Assembly (NCBI GenBank): GCA_902386535.1
Contig: CABMJK010000024.1
Location: 1 to 56,442, forward strand
Length of the DNA stretch: 56,442 nucleotides
Source of the DNA: Candidatus Burarchaeum australiense
GTDB lineage: Archaea; Micrarchaeota; Micrarchaeia; Burarchaeales; Burarchaeaceae
Reading direction: 5' to 3'
Positions 36,845 to 45,938 of this stretch are shown here, in pieces. The first letter of the stretch is position 1. Each line of letters opens with the position of its first letter. Position numbers and translations under genes: made by a program. The notes under the pieces were generated by a model. That model worked only from the letters and a program-made list of their open reading frames with translations, was not told the origin of the DNA and did no database searches.

Positions 36845-37201
36845 GTGGGAAAACTCTACAACAAAAGAAGCCGCGCGGTTCTTGCGAACTCGCTGGACGT
36901 GGCGGACTCGTTTTTCGCAAGGGCGCGCGGCCTGATGTTCAAAAGCGAAGTGCGCCGGCCCCTGCTCTTCGTCTTCGACGAGGGAAAGGCGAAAAGCAGG
37001 CAGGCGTGCGCCATCCACGCGCTCTTCGTTTTCTTTTCATTCTCGGCGATTTATTTGGATGCGGCAAAACGGGTTGTGGACGTGCGCGTCTGCGACCCGT
37101 TCTTTTCGTTTGTCGTGCCGAAGAAGAGGAGCGCCTACCTGATAGAAGGCACGCCTGCGCTCGCGGGCAAGGTGCGCGTGGGCGATGTGCTGGAGTTCTG
37201 A
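36845..37201 (+). CDS. DUF192 family protein
   Basis: VADSFFARARGLMF, IH..FV.F, YLIE, GD. Confidence 0.78.
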   Translation: MGKLYNKRSRAVLANSLDVADSFFARARGLMFKSEVRRPLLFVFDEGKAKSRQACAIHALFVFFSFSAIYLDAAKRVVDVRVCDPFFSFVVPKKRSAYLIEGTPALAGKVRVGDVLEF

Positions 37202-37267
37202 GGGCAGGCGGGGCAGAGGCGGGCGCAGGGAAAAGTGCCGGGGTTTTGACGCAAAGGGATGTGAAAA

Positions 37268-38788
37268 ATGGGCTCTTACGAGGAAAGAAAAGTAAGGGTG
37301 CCGGCAAAACCCAAGCAACGCGAGGAGCAACTCGGTTGGGAGATTGGCAATTGGAAGTGCGATTACCGCGTGGGCATGCCGGGCTTGAGCGAGGAAGAGA
37401 AGGAAGCGGTTGCGGAGCTGACTGAAAAATTCAGGGACGAGTCAAGGCACGCGGAGATTGAGGGCAAGGAAGATGTGAGGCGCGAGATGGGGCGCCTGCT
37501 TGCCGGCTATTGCGCCGAGAACGGAATTGAGATGGAAAAGGCGCAGGCAGACTATTTGCTCCGCGTTGCGGTTGCGCACGTCTATGGATTTTCCGCGCTC
37601 GATGAGCTTCTTTCAGACCCGGAACTGGAGGAGATTGCGGTCACGGGCGTCGGCGTGCCGGTGTTCGTCTACCGGCGCGGTAGGGGCTGGCTGAAGACCA
37701 ACTGCGCGTTCGGGAGCGGCGAGGCGCTTGTCGACGTGATGAACAAGATGGCAAGGGGCATCGGCCGGCGCATCACGTTGCAGAGCCCGCGGCTGAACGC
37801 GGTTCTGCCGGACGGCTCGCGCCTGCACGCGTCGATTCCGCCGATTTCGAATTACGAACTCACGATACGCAAGTTTCGCCGCAATCCGATTCACGTTGCA
37901 GACCTCATCGCCTATCGCACGTTCTCGGCCGAGGCGCTCGCATTTCTTTGGCTGGCGATGCAGGCCGATGCCTCGCTCATGATCGCGGGCAATACCGCGA
38001 GCGGAAAGACTAGCACGCTCAATGCGCTTTTTCAGTTCGTGCCGCTCTCCGAACGCGTGCTCGTTACCGAGGAAACTCCCGAGATAAACGTGCCGCACGA
38101 GCACCAGGTGAAGCTGCTGGCGAGCGCGGAGCTGGGCGTGCCGATGAAGGAGCTGGTGGCTGACTCGCTCAGGATGAGGCCCGACCGCGTGATTGTGGGC
38201 GAGGCGCGCACCGCCGAGGAAGTGGGCGCGCTGCTCGAAACCATAACGAGCGGCCAGGCGCGGGGCTCCTACGCAACGTTCCATGCGCAGAGCGGCCGCG
38301 AGGTGCTGGTGCGCATGCGCTCGCTTGGCGCACTGCCGATCGACCTGCAGTCGCTTGACCTCATCGTAGTGCAGAGGCGCATGATGCGCTATGACCTGAA
38401 GGAGAGGAAGGGGCAGGAGGTGCGGCGATGCACGGAGATAAACGAGGTGGTGCCGCCGGCAAACATGGGCGATGAGGCAAAACTGCCCGGGCTGCGCATG
38501 CTTTTCAAATACAACGCAAGTAGCGATAGCGTCGTGCCAGCCGCAAATAGTTGGAATGGCAGCGCACTCGCCAGGCGCGCGTGCGAAAGTCTCGGCATCT
38601 CGATAAAAGAATTCGGAACCGAACTCGCCCGGCGGGCGGAATTCCTCTCAGGACTCGAGGCCTCGCTGCCGTTTGGCGAGGTGACGAGGGAGATTCAACG
38701 GTTCTCGTTTGCAGACTATGAAGAGGCGGCGTCCAAGCCGGTCGGCGCCCCACTGGGCGTGCCGTTCTTCAATTCTGTGTTCGAGTAG
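37268..38788 (+). CDS. Type II/IV secretion / pilus assembly ATPase (CpaF/TadA/VirB11 family)
   Basis: LPDGSR, TIRKF, GNTASGKTS, EETPE, LRMRPDRVIVGE, TFHA. Confidence 0.9.
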   Translation: MGSYEERKVRVPAKPKQREEQLGWEIGNWKCDYRVGMPGLSEEEKEAVAELTEKFRDESRHAEIEGKEDVRREMGRLLAGYCAENGIEMEKAQADYLLRVAVAHVYGFSALDELLSDPELEEIAVTGVGVPVFVYRRGRGWLKTNCAFGSGEALVDVMNKMARGIGRRITLQSPRLNAVLPDGSRLHASIPPISNYELTIRKFRRNPIHVADLIAYRTFSAEALAFLWLAMQADASLMIAGNTASGKTSTLNALFQFVPLSERVLVTEETPEINVPHEHQVKLLASAELGVPMKELVADSLRMRPDRVIVGEARTAEEVGALLETITSGQARGSYATFHAQSGREVLVRMRSLGALPIDLQSLDLIVVQRRMMRYDLKERKGQEVRRCTEINEVVPPANMGDEAKLPGLRMLFKYNASSDSVVPAANSWNGSALARRACESLGISIKEFGTELARRAEFLSGLEASLPFGEVTREIQRFSFADYEEAASKPVGAPLGVPFFNSVFE

Positions 38789-38829
38789 GCCTGCCCACGG
38801 TTTTTTAACCTTGTTAACCGTAAAGTAGG

Positions 38830-38935
38830 GTGAACCTTCGTAAGGGAGGGTTACACGCATTCCGCCCGCGAGGCGGAATGGTGCCCCTTTCTCGGTGCGC
38901 CGAGAAAGCGGGACGTAAGGGAACTGTAGGTTCCC
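38830..38935 (+). ncRNA. Candidate structured RNA / tRNA 5' leader of four consecutive hairpins
   Basis: AACCTTC/GAGGGTT, CATTCCGCC/GGCGGAATG, CTTTCTCGG/CCGAGAAAG, GGGAAC/GTTCCC; TTTTTTAA at 38801-38808 upstream. Confidence 0.5.
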
Positions 38936-38939
38936 TGTG

Positions 38940-39124
38940 GCCTAGGTAACTCAGCTTGGTTTAGAGTGCCAGACTCATAATCTCCCTTCCGCCTTGCGGA
39001 CGGGCTCAAAATGGCACGAAAGTCAGTTGAGAAATCTGGAAGTCGCGAGTTCAAAAATAAGGGGGCACGACGCGTCGCCCCCTTATCAGCTCCCTACGGG
39101 GCTTTGAAAATCTCGCCCTAGGCA
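38940..39124 (+). tRNA. tRNA-Met(CAT), probably elongator, with two introns (38980-39033 at 37/38; 39056-39110 at 59/60)
   Basis: Acceptor GCCTAGG/CCTAGGC+A, D stem ACTC/GAGT, anticodon stem CCAGA/TCTGG, T stem GCGAG/CTCGC; BHB central helices CTCA/TGAG and TTCA/TGAA with 3-nt bulges. Confidence 0.9.
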
Positions 39125-39208
39125 TTTGCAGGAACGGAGAAGAAAGGCTTAAATTAGGCAAAAGGCATAGGTTAACCTGGTTCTGCTAGAGGGATTGAAT
39201 TGGGCATC

Positions 39209-39898
39209 ATGAAATGGGAGCCGCAAGTGCCACTCATCGCCCTGGCGAAAGCGCCGCAAAACGGCGCGGTGCCCGGCAGGGCGCTCGACATGAACCGGCT
39301 CGTCGGCGGAGTCATATACGCGCGCTATTTGCAGGACGTGAAAGAACGCAGTGAGATTGATTTGGAAAAGGGCAACGGCGCGAAGGTCAATAGAGGAATT
39401 GAGAAGGGATGGAAAAACCTCGCAACAACGTTTCTCGATCAGAAGACAAGAATACTGGAAATCTTCGAGATGCTGACCAGGTTTGAAGCTCACCGGAGGA
39501 TGACCGGAGGGCAGCCGTGGCGGTTCGAGGAAGACGCCAGTCGGCGTGCAGGCGAACTCCTACGCGAATGGGGGGTGACGGACGTCGGGGCGTTCAGGCT
39601 GATGGAAAAAATCATTGCGGAACGGTGCCTCATGTCGACGATTTTTGCTGAAGGCGGGAACATTAGGAAAACTATTGATGAATCGATAGCGCTGTATGGA
39701 GCAGTGATATTCACTTACAGGATTGGCCAGGCAATAGCGAAAATGTCGGATTGGGAGTGCAACAATTGCATTGAGACAGAGTTGAAGGCCGTGAAGGCAG
39801 AACTGGCGCACGTAAACTGCGCCGAGCTTCAGCCGCCCGACGTGTTCGCAATGTTTCTTTCGGGAGAACTGAAACTGCCGCGCGGAAAGGAAGGCTGA
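39209..39898 (+). CDS. Hypothetical protein
   Basis: About 229-aa ORF filling the tRNA-rnpB gap; no motif recognised. Confidence 0.55.
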   Translation: MKWEPQVPLIALAKAPQNGAVPGRALDMNRLVGGVIYARYLQDVKERSEIDLEKGNGAKVNRGIEKGWKNLATTFLDQKTRILEIFEMLTRFEAHRRMTGGQPWRFEEDASRRAGELLREWGVTDVGAFRLMEKIIAERCLMSTIFAEGGNIRKTIDESIALYGAVIFTYRIGQAIAKMSDWECNNCIETELKAVKAELAHVNCAELQPPDVFAMFLSGELKLPRGKEG

Positions 39899-39912
39899 TT
39901 GAAATAGGATGT

Positions 39913-40197
39913 GGAGCGATAGGCAATAGTCCGCCTTCAGTACTTGCAGCATTTGACTAAGCGGCCTAACGGCCTTGCACCACGCACACCGCTCTTTCGC
40001 CGGCGCGTTTCACCCCGCCTCCTTCGCTCGGTTTCCCTCATCGCATTCCGGATTTGGGTATCGTTTCTGTTCCGGCTAAGGCCCTTGAAGCCATTTCGAG
40101 CTCTTGTGGTGGGCGGAACTTCCTCAGAAAAGAACCCCTGCATGGTTCCTTTCGGAACCCGCTGGAATTCCCTCCGTAAGCTGCTGCCTACCGCTCC
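39913..40197 (-). ncRNA. rnpB: RNase P RNA (archaeal, reduced)
   Basis: P1 GGAGCGGTAGGCA/TGCCTATCGCTCC; CR-I GAGGAAGTTCCGCCC; CR-II ACAGAAA; CR-III TGAAAC; GGTGCAAG; CR-V ACTGAAGGCGGACTA; TTTAAA about 25 nt upstream. Confidence 0.92.
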
Positions 40198-40290
40198 GAA
40201 ATAATTAGGAAGCCGGGATTTAAATAGCCCGCACATGCACGCATTTAAATTAAGTTTAAGGCATAAATGCTGCTGGTAGGGAGGGGTAAA

Positions 40291-40854
40291 ATGCAGAAGC
40301 CGCAAACCACTGGAAAAATTTCTGTAATTGCCAGGGAAGCAGTGACTTGGACGCTGATGGGAGTTCTTGCAACGGGTATTTTTGCAGGCGCAGGGTGCTC
40401 GCCCAGGGGAAGAGATGCCGGGGAATCCGGGGGACGCGCAGTTTTGACTTCTCAACTGTTCGGGATGACGGATATCCAGAAACGAGAGGCGCGAACGGGA
40501 GAGAACCCGGCTGCAGGCGCGGTGCCAGTTTTCATAACATTGAGCCAGGATAGATTTATGGGCGTTCAGATAGACGGCATAGAGGTAGGCGGCATTAACA
40601 ATGCGAACCTCACCAGAGCGGGCGGCAGCTACGGGTTGGGCGTCGGCGGCTCACAGCAAACTGGAAGTGGTGGAATCACCATTGTGAAAAAAGGCTCGGC
40701 GCAAATCGCGATCTTGATTCCAGACCCGGCCACGATGACTCCTGACAAGGACGGTTTCGTCACCATGACCGTGCATTTTTTGGGGAAGAACGCGGCTGGG
40801 GAAACAATAAGCGATACTGCAACCCTGAGGCTTCCCGCGGACTTCGCCAAGTAA
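40291..40854 (+). CDS. Hypothetical secreted protein or lipoprotein
   Basis: Hydrophobic N-terminus ending AGAGC; beta-strand-like Gly-rich body; start may be 40267. Confidence 0.6.
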   Translation: MQKPQTTGKISVIAREAVTWTLMGVLATGIFAGAGCSPRGRDAGESGGRAVLTSQLFGMTDIQKREARTGENPAAGAVPVFITLSQDRFMGVQIDGIEVGGINNANLTRAGGSYGLGVGGSQQTGSGGITIVKKGSAQIAILIPDPATMTPDKDGFVTMTVHFLGKNAAGETISDTATLRLPADFAK

Positions 40855-42210
40855 TTACGAGCCTGCGCCTGGCGCGCCAGGCATGCCGCCGCCCGGCATC
40901 CCGGGGAATCCGCCTTTCATCATCTTCTCCATCTGCCTGCGGAAGCCCCGGTTCCGCTTGAACTGGGTCATCATTTTCTGCACTTTCTCGAACTGCGAAA
41001 GCAGGTCGCGCACTTCCTCGGGCTTCCTGCCGCTGCCACGCGCAATGCGCTCCATCCTGCTCCTGCTCTTCTTCAGCAGGCTCGCGTCGTCCCGCTCGGC
41101 CGGCGTCATGGAGTTGATGATTACCTCGTAGGCCTTTAGCTTGTCCTCGCTCTGCTCGACCATCTCCTTAGGGATGTCGGGCGCGCCGAGCATCTGGAAA
41201 ATGCCCTTGAGGGGGCCCATCTTCTTCGCGGCCTTCAGCTGCTCGTAGAAAGTCTTGATTGTGAGCTTCTCCTCCATCAGCGCCTTCTCGTCCACCTGCA
41301 CGCCCGCACCCGCCTCCTTCACCTTTTCCATCAGCGCCTCTAGGTCAGGGAAGCCGAGCAGCCTGCCCACGAACTTCTTGGCGTCAAACAGCTCCAAATC
41401 ATCCTGCTTCTCGCCCACGCCGATGAACGCGACCTTCGTGCCGCTGGCCGCGACAGCGCTGAGCGCGCCGCCGCCCTTTCCAGAGCCGTCCATCTTCGTG
41501 ATTATGACACCGGTCAGGCCCACGGCATTGTTGAACTCTTCGGCCTGCCGCTTGGCCACCTGTCCTATGTCCGCGTTTATAACGAGCAGCTTCTCGTCGG
41601 CCCTGAACTCATCGTTGATTTTCTTCAGCTCGGAATTCAACTCATCATCGAACGCGCTCCTGCCCGCGGAATCTAGAATCAACACGTCCTCCTTGGCTTG
41701 CGCAAGCGCCTCGCGCGCTATGCGCGATGCGTCGGTTTCTCCCTTCTTGCCGTAGAAGCGCGCGCCCGCGCGCTCGGCCACCTGCTGCAGCTGCTCGTAG
41801 GCAGCCGGCCTTGCCACGTCGCAGCAGATGACGCCCACGCTCAGGCCTTTCTTCTTGAAGAAGTGCGCAAGCTTGCCGGCAGTGGTCGTTTTGCCGCTGC
41901 CGAACAGCCCCAGCAGCATGATTTTCTGCTTTGCAATCTTGGGCTCGTGCTTTTCGCCCAGCATGGCGGCCAATTCTTCGTAGACCACTTTCACGACGTG
42001 CTCGCGGCCGCCCACGCCCCTGAGCGCCTTCTCGTCCAGGGCGCGCTTCTCGATGCGCTTGCTCAGCTCGCTCACGAGCGAGACGTTCACGTCGCCCATG
42101 ATGAGCACTCGCTGGATTTCCTTCACGGTCTCGCGCACGACCCGCTCGTCCACTAGCGCCGCTCCGGTGAGTTTCTTGAGGGCCCGCCTGAGGCCTGCGC
42201 CAAGGTCCAT
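40855..42210 (-). CDS. srp54: Signal recognition particle protein SRP54
   Basis: GLFGSGKTTT, DSAGR, TKMDGSGKGGGALS, Met-rich M domain SMT..ER, RIARGSG; start ATG 42210. Confidence 0.96.
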   Translation of the reverse strand: MDLGAGLRRALKKLTGAALVDERVVRETVKEIQRVLIMGDVNVSLVSELSKRIEKRALDEKALRGVGGREHVVKVVYEELAAMLGEKHEPKIAKQKIMLLGLFGSGKTTTAGKLAHFFKKKGLSVGVICCDVARPAAYEQLQQVAERAGARFYGKKGETDASRIAREALAQAKEDVLILDSAGRSAFDDELNSELKKINDEFRADEKLLVINADIGQVAKRQAEEFNNAVGLTGVIITKMDGSGKGGGALSAVAASGTKVAFIGVGEKQDDLELFDAKKFVGRLLGFPDLEALMEKVKEAGAGVQVDEKALMEEKLTIKTFYEQLKAAKKMGPLKGIFQMLGAPDIPKEMVEQSEDKLKAYEVIINSMTPAERDDASLLKKSRSRMERIARGSGRKPEEVRDLLSQFEKVQKMMTQFKRNRGFRRQMEKMMKGGFPGMPGGGMPGAPGAGS

Positions 42211-42331
42211 GGTTTGCTTTTGCGCGGGAAAGGATAAAAAGCGTGGGAAGCGCGCGCATTTGCGCCTTGCTTTGAAGATTACCCGTTTTTGGGTAATTAC
42301 ATTTAAATAAGTGGCCAGCGCAGGATTGCCC

Positions 42332-43093
42332 ATGAAATCCTACGAGCTTTCGGCACTGGCCATGCTTTCGGCCATCGCGGTCGTATTCCAGCTTTTGAAC
42401 AACATCGTCGGCGTGCCGACTGCATTCGGCATGACCATAGACCTGGTGGGCGTGCCGGCCATTCTCGCGCTCTTCATCTTCGGCTTCGAAGCCGCACTCT
42501 ACGTCGCCGCAGTCACGGCGCTCGCCATAACGTTCATTGCACCCACCACCTGGCTGGGCGCAAGCATGAAGTTCGCGGGCACCATACCCTTTGTCATGGT
42601 GGCGGCCTTCCTCGCCTTTGCGCGGGGCAGGAACGTCATTGCCATAGGACTGGGAGGCATGGGCATCGCGGCCTGCGCGACCCTGCTCTTTTTCGTGGCG
42701 ACGGGCCACACGGGGGTGCTGATAAGGGGTGCCGGGATTGCGGGGCCGCTTGCGCTCGGCCTTCTTCCGATAGCAGTCCTGTTCCTGCTCGCCCTCGGCA
42801 TGGCGACCCTCTGGAGCCACTACGTGGGCAAGCTCAACTTCCACGTGTTCTCGGACTGGCGCATATTCGGGGTGGCGCTCGTGCTTTCGATCATCGTGCG
42901 AGGCATCGTGCTGACGGTGGCCAACTATTATTATGCCCTGCCAGTGTTTTACGGAATGAGTTCCGAGCAGGCAATGGCAACCATCCCGTGGTGGCTGATT
43001 TTCGGCGCCAACGCGGTGCAGAGCGTTGTGGAGTGCACGGCGGCGTGGGTGCTGGCCTACAAATACAGGCTGGCGAAATACGGCCTCAGGTAG
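42332..43093 (+). CDS. ECF transporter substrate-specific S component (extended)
   Basis: AMLSAIA (AxxxA), IDL..VP, hydrophobic throughout, upstream of ecfA/ecfT. Confidence 0.75.
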   Translation: MKSYELSALAMLSAIAVVFQLLNNIVGVPTAFGMTIDLVGVPAILALFIFGFEAALYVAAVTALAITFIAPTTWLGASMKFAGTIPFVMVAAFLAFARGRNVIAIGLGGMGIAACATLLFFVATGHTGVLIRGAGIAGPLALGLLPIAVLFLLALGMATLWSHYVGKLNFHVFSDWRIFGVALVLSIIVRGIVLTVANYYYALPVFYGMSSEQAMATIPWWLIFGANAVQSVVECTAAWVLAYKYRLAKYGLR

Positions 43094-43114
43094 ACTGACG
43101 GGGAAGGTGGATGC

Positions 43115-43996
43115 ATGGCTGCTGCAATCGAATTGCGAGGGGTATCCTTCGCTTATTACGAAAAAACCGTGCTGCGCGGCATTGACCTGACCGTAAGGCA
43201 GGGCGAGTTTGTCGCGCTCATGGGTCCGATAGCCTGCGGCAAGACCACGCTGCTCACAGTCATGAACGGCCTCATACCGCACGTCGTGAAGGGAAGTTTC
43301 GGAGGCACCGCGAAGCTGGTGGGCAACGACACGCGCACCACCCCGCTGAGGGAACTCGCTCGCCACGCGGGATTTCTTTTCCAGGAGCCGGACAGCCAGA
43401 TTTTCTCGTTGAGCGTGCAGGACGAGGTGGAGTTCGCGCTGCGGAATTTCGGCGTGAAGGAAGCGGAGCGAAAGAAGCTCGTGGAGCAGACACTGGCAGA
43501 ACTGTCGCTCAGCAATCTTGCGGATGCCGACCCGCGCGAGCTTTCGCAGGGCCAGAAGCAGAAGGTGGCGCTGGCCAGCGTGCTGGCCTACGGGCCCGAG
43601 GTGCTGCTGCTGGACGAGCCGGCCGCGAGCCTGGACCACTACAGCTCCGAGGAAATCTACGACGTGGTGAAAGGGCTGAACAGGAAAGGCAAGACCGTGG
43701 TCGTGGTCGAGCATGACACTGAGCTGATTGTGGACCGCGCCGACCGGCTGGTGGTCATGAACGAGGGAAGACTCGTTGCCGATGGCAAATTCGAGGAAGT
43801 TTTCGGCAAGAAAACCACGGGGCTTGGGATAAAGGAGCCGTGCTTCTCGCGCATTGCGCATGAGTTGGGCGTGCAGGTGAGGAGCGAAAGGGAGTTCGTT
43901 GAGCACCTGAAGGGGCATGGTGCGGGCGCAGCATCAAAGAGTGAAAGTAGGGGTGCAAAGGGAACGCGGAAGTCGCCCTGGAGCGACGCAACGTAG
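43115..43996 (+). CDS. ecfA: ECF transporter ATPase (EcfA/CbiO)
   Basis: GPIACGKTT, FQEPDSQIF, LSQGQKQK, LDEP, VEHD. Confidence 0.9.
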   Translation: MAAAIELRGVSFAYYEKTVLRGIDLTVRQGEFVALMGPIACGKTTLLTVMNGLIPHVVKGSFGGTAKLVGNDTRTTPLRELARHAGFLFQEPDSQIFSLSVQDEVEFALRNFGVKEAERKKLVEQTLAELSLSNLADADPRELSQGQKQKVALASVLAYGPEVLLLDEPAASLDHYSSEEIYDVVKGLNRKGKTVVVVEHDTELIVDRADRLVVMNEGRLVADGKFEEVFGKKTTGLGIKEPCFSRIAHELGVQVRSEREFVEHLKGHGAGAASKSESRGAKGTRKSPWSDAT

Positions 43997-44006
43997 AGGG
44001 AGCCAC

Positions 44007-44600
44007 ATGCTGCAGTATTTGAAACAGAAATCGTTCTTGCACGCGCTTGACCCGAGGATAAAACTAGCGCTCCTCATCCTGCTGAATGTGGCCCTGTTTG
44101 CCACCAACATGCTGGGCGCGATTTCGTTTTTGCTGGTCCTCATCTTTGCATTTTACCTGCTGGCGCGCATAAGCCCGATACAGGGCGCGGGCGAGCTGGG
44201 CGCGGTCTGGCTGTTCGTGCTGCTGCCGCTGCTGTTCGCCCTGCTGGGAGGCGAGGCTCTCGACGCGGCAATCAGGGCAACCCTGAGGCTGGTCACGGTT
44301 TCCATGTCAGCGGTGCTGTTCATCTATACGACCAGGCAGAGGGACATTGCCTCGGCGCTCGTGTTCTTCAAGGTTCCCGCCACCCTGGCGCTGATGCTCA
44401 CCATGGCCTTCAGGTTCGTGCCGGTTTTCCAGGACGAGGTGCAGCGCGTGCAGGCTGCGCAGATGGCGCGGGGCTACACGCGGAGCTGGCTGGTTTTCCC
44501 GATCCTGGTGCCCGTGCTCCACCGCGCCTTTGCGCGGGCGCGGGCGCTAGGAATGTCGATGGATGCCCGGGGCTTCGAACCTGGAAGGGGAATTATTTAG
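44007..44600 (+). CDS. ecfT: ECF transporter T component (EcfT/CbiQ)
   Basis: SFLHALDPRIK, RFVP, two ARG motifs (AQMARG, MDARG); start ATG 44007. Confidence 0.88.
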   Translation: MLQYLKQKSFLHALDPRIKLALLILLNVALFATNMLGAISFLLVLIFAFYLLARISPIQGAGELGAVWLFVLLPLLFALLGGEALDAAIRATLRLVTVSMSAVLFIYTTRQRDIASALVFFKVPATLALMLTMAFRFVPVFQDEVQRVQAAQMARGYTRSWLVFPILVPVLHRAFARARALGMSMDARGFEPGRGII

Positions 44601-44623
44601 GCGACTCGGGCAGATCTTGGCAG

Positions 44624-45463
44624 CTATTTAGGGAACTCTGCCGGCACTTTGCCCTCGATGACGAAGGCGCGTATCTCGGGCCCGTCGAACCAATCGCGAA
44701 CATATATGCAGTGATCGGCAGACCCAAATTTGGTGTAAACTCCGCGCGTGAAGGGACCGGAGAAGGAAGAAGACACATTGTGATAGGAAGGGTCCTTGCG
44801 CTGGAGATAAAGCAGGCTCTTTTTGGGGGACTGCAGGGTGCCGTTGGAAATGTCCAAATGGTCTTCCCCGTGCGGCACGTAGTGAGGGTTGTCATCGGCC
44901 CGGTAGGTCCCGTTCTCGCCCGGCCAGTCTTTGAAAAAGGTGAAACAGCGGTCTTCGGGTATGCAATACTGATACTTGCTGGGCGTGATTTCCTCGAGGT
45001 CAATCACGGGTTCATATAGGGTTGCGCCTCCGGGGTTTGTCTTGAGCCACCCGCAATCCACAGTAACGGCGCCGGTTGTTGGTTTTTTCAGGAGGCTCCA
45101 GGCGCGGGCGATGCCGGGAGGAAGCACCAGGTAGGATATCGAGGAAGAGTAGCGGGCATGGTAAGTCAGCACCGACTCGCCTTCCATGATTTCGGGAACC
45201 CCGCAGAAAAGGAAGGTGCCGACCACGAACTTGTTTTTTTTATCGAGGCTCTGCAACAGGGGAGACGGCCCGCCGGAATTGAGGAGCTTGTGCATGAAGG
45301 AATTCGTGGCCATCGTCCAGCCATTGTCGTTTATGGTGTTCAGCAAGGTTGGCAGATTGCGGGCAGTCATGAGTTTCATGCCTGGCAGTGGACCGGTAGA
45401 AGTGGATGCAGGTAGTTGAGCGGTCATTGCCATAGCGTCACGTTCCTGCATGAAACTATGCAT
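44624..45463 (-). CDS. Hypothetical protein
   Basis: Long ORF with atypical composition, no recognised motif; start uncertain. Confidence 0.55.
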   Translation of the reverse strand: MHSFMQERDAMAMTAQLPASTSTGPLPGMKLMTARNLPTLLNTINDNGWTMATNSFMHKLLNSGGPSPLLQSLDKKNKFVVGTFLFCGVPEIMEGESVLTYHARYSSSISYLVLPPGIARAWSLLKKPTTGAVTVDCGWLKTNPGGATLYEPVIDLEEITPSKYQYCIPEDRCFTFFKDWPGENGTYRADDNPHYVPHGEDHLDISNGTLQSPKKSLLYLQRKDPSYHNVSSSFSGPFTRGVYTKFGSADHCIYVRDWFDGPEIRAFVIEGKVPAEFPK

Positions 45464-45473
45464 TCCAAGGTTT

Positions 45474-45860
45474 TTAAATTAGATTCTCGACCCTGCGGTT
45501 TATCTCCCGTGCCCTTTTCGCCGTGACGGTGAAGTTCTTTTCCTTCTCGCCGAGCTCGTCCAGATGGAGGAAATACCAGCCTTCGCGAGAGAGGTGCCAG
45601 GCAATCATGGTCGTCATGCCCGTATTTTCAGACCAGTGGCGCAACTCGGCGAACTTCGACTTCTCGATGCCCAGGCTGCCCTTGTCCCAGGCCTTGCACT
45701 CGAACCCGTACTGCTTGCCGCGCATGAAGAGCAGGATGTCGGGGGAGGGAGTGCCCACGCCGGAGCCGGCTGAGCGGATGACGGAGTAGCCCTTCTGCTG
45801 GAAGATGTCGATGAGCTCGCGCTCGTAACGCGAGCCTTTCCTGTATGTGCCAAAAACCAT
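45474..45860 (-). CDS. hjc: Archaeal Holliday junction resolvase
   Basis: YRKGSRYEREL, RSAGSG, PD...ECK (PD-(D/E)xK). Confidence 0.9.
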   Translation of the reverse strand: MVFGTYRKGSRYERELIDIFQQKGYSVIRSAGSGVGTPSPDILLFMRGKQYGFECKAWDKGSLGIEKSKFAELRHWSENTGMTTMIAWHLSREGWYFLHLDELGEKEKNFTVTAKRAREINRRVENLI

Positions 45861-45938
45861 GCAATGCGACCCCGTAGCTTGTGTATAGGACTATGTAGGC
45901 AAGTTTATTAACCTCGGACGGGCCAAAATTATCGGAAG

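Noticed and set aside
38980-39033. C/D-box guide or nested intron within tRNA intron 1 (second CTCA at 39005 could pair with TGAG)
   Set aside because: There are no C/D boxes, and splicing at the alternative site would not regenerate a tRNA.
39124-39900. Integrated element at tRNA-Met
   Set aside because: No integrase and no repeat of the tRNA 3' end were seen in the window.
39937-40455. ORFs 39944-40204 (+) and 39937-40455 (-)
   Set aside because: They overlap the RNase P RNA gene and have no protein-like features.
41645-43918. 757-aa minus-strand ORF and similar shadow ORFs (4969-6669, 49166-50623)
   Set aside because: They are antisense or alternate-frame to well-supported genes and have no motifs.
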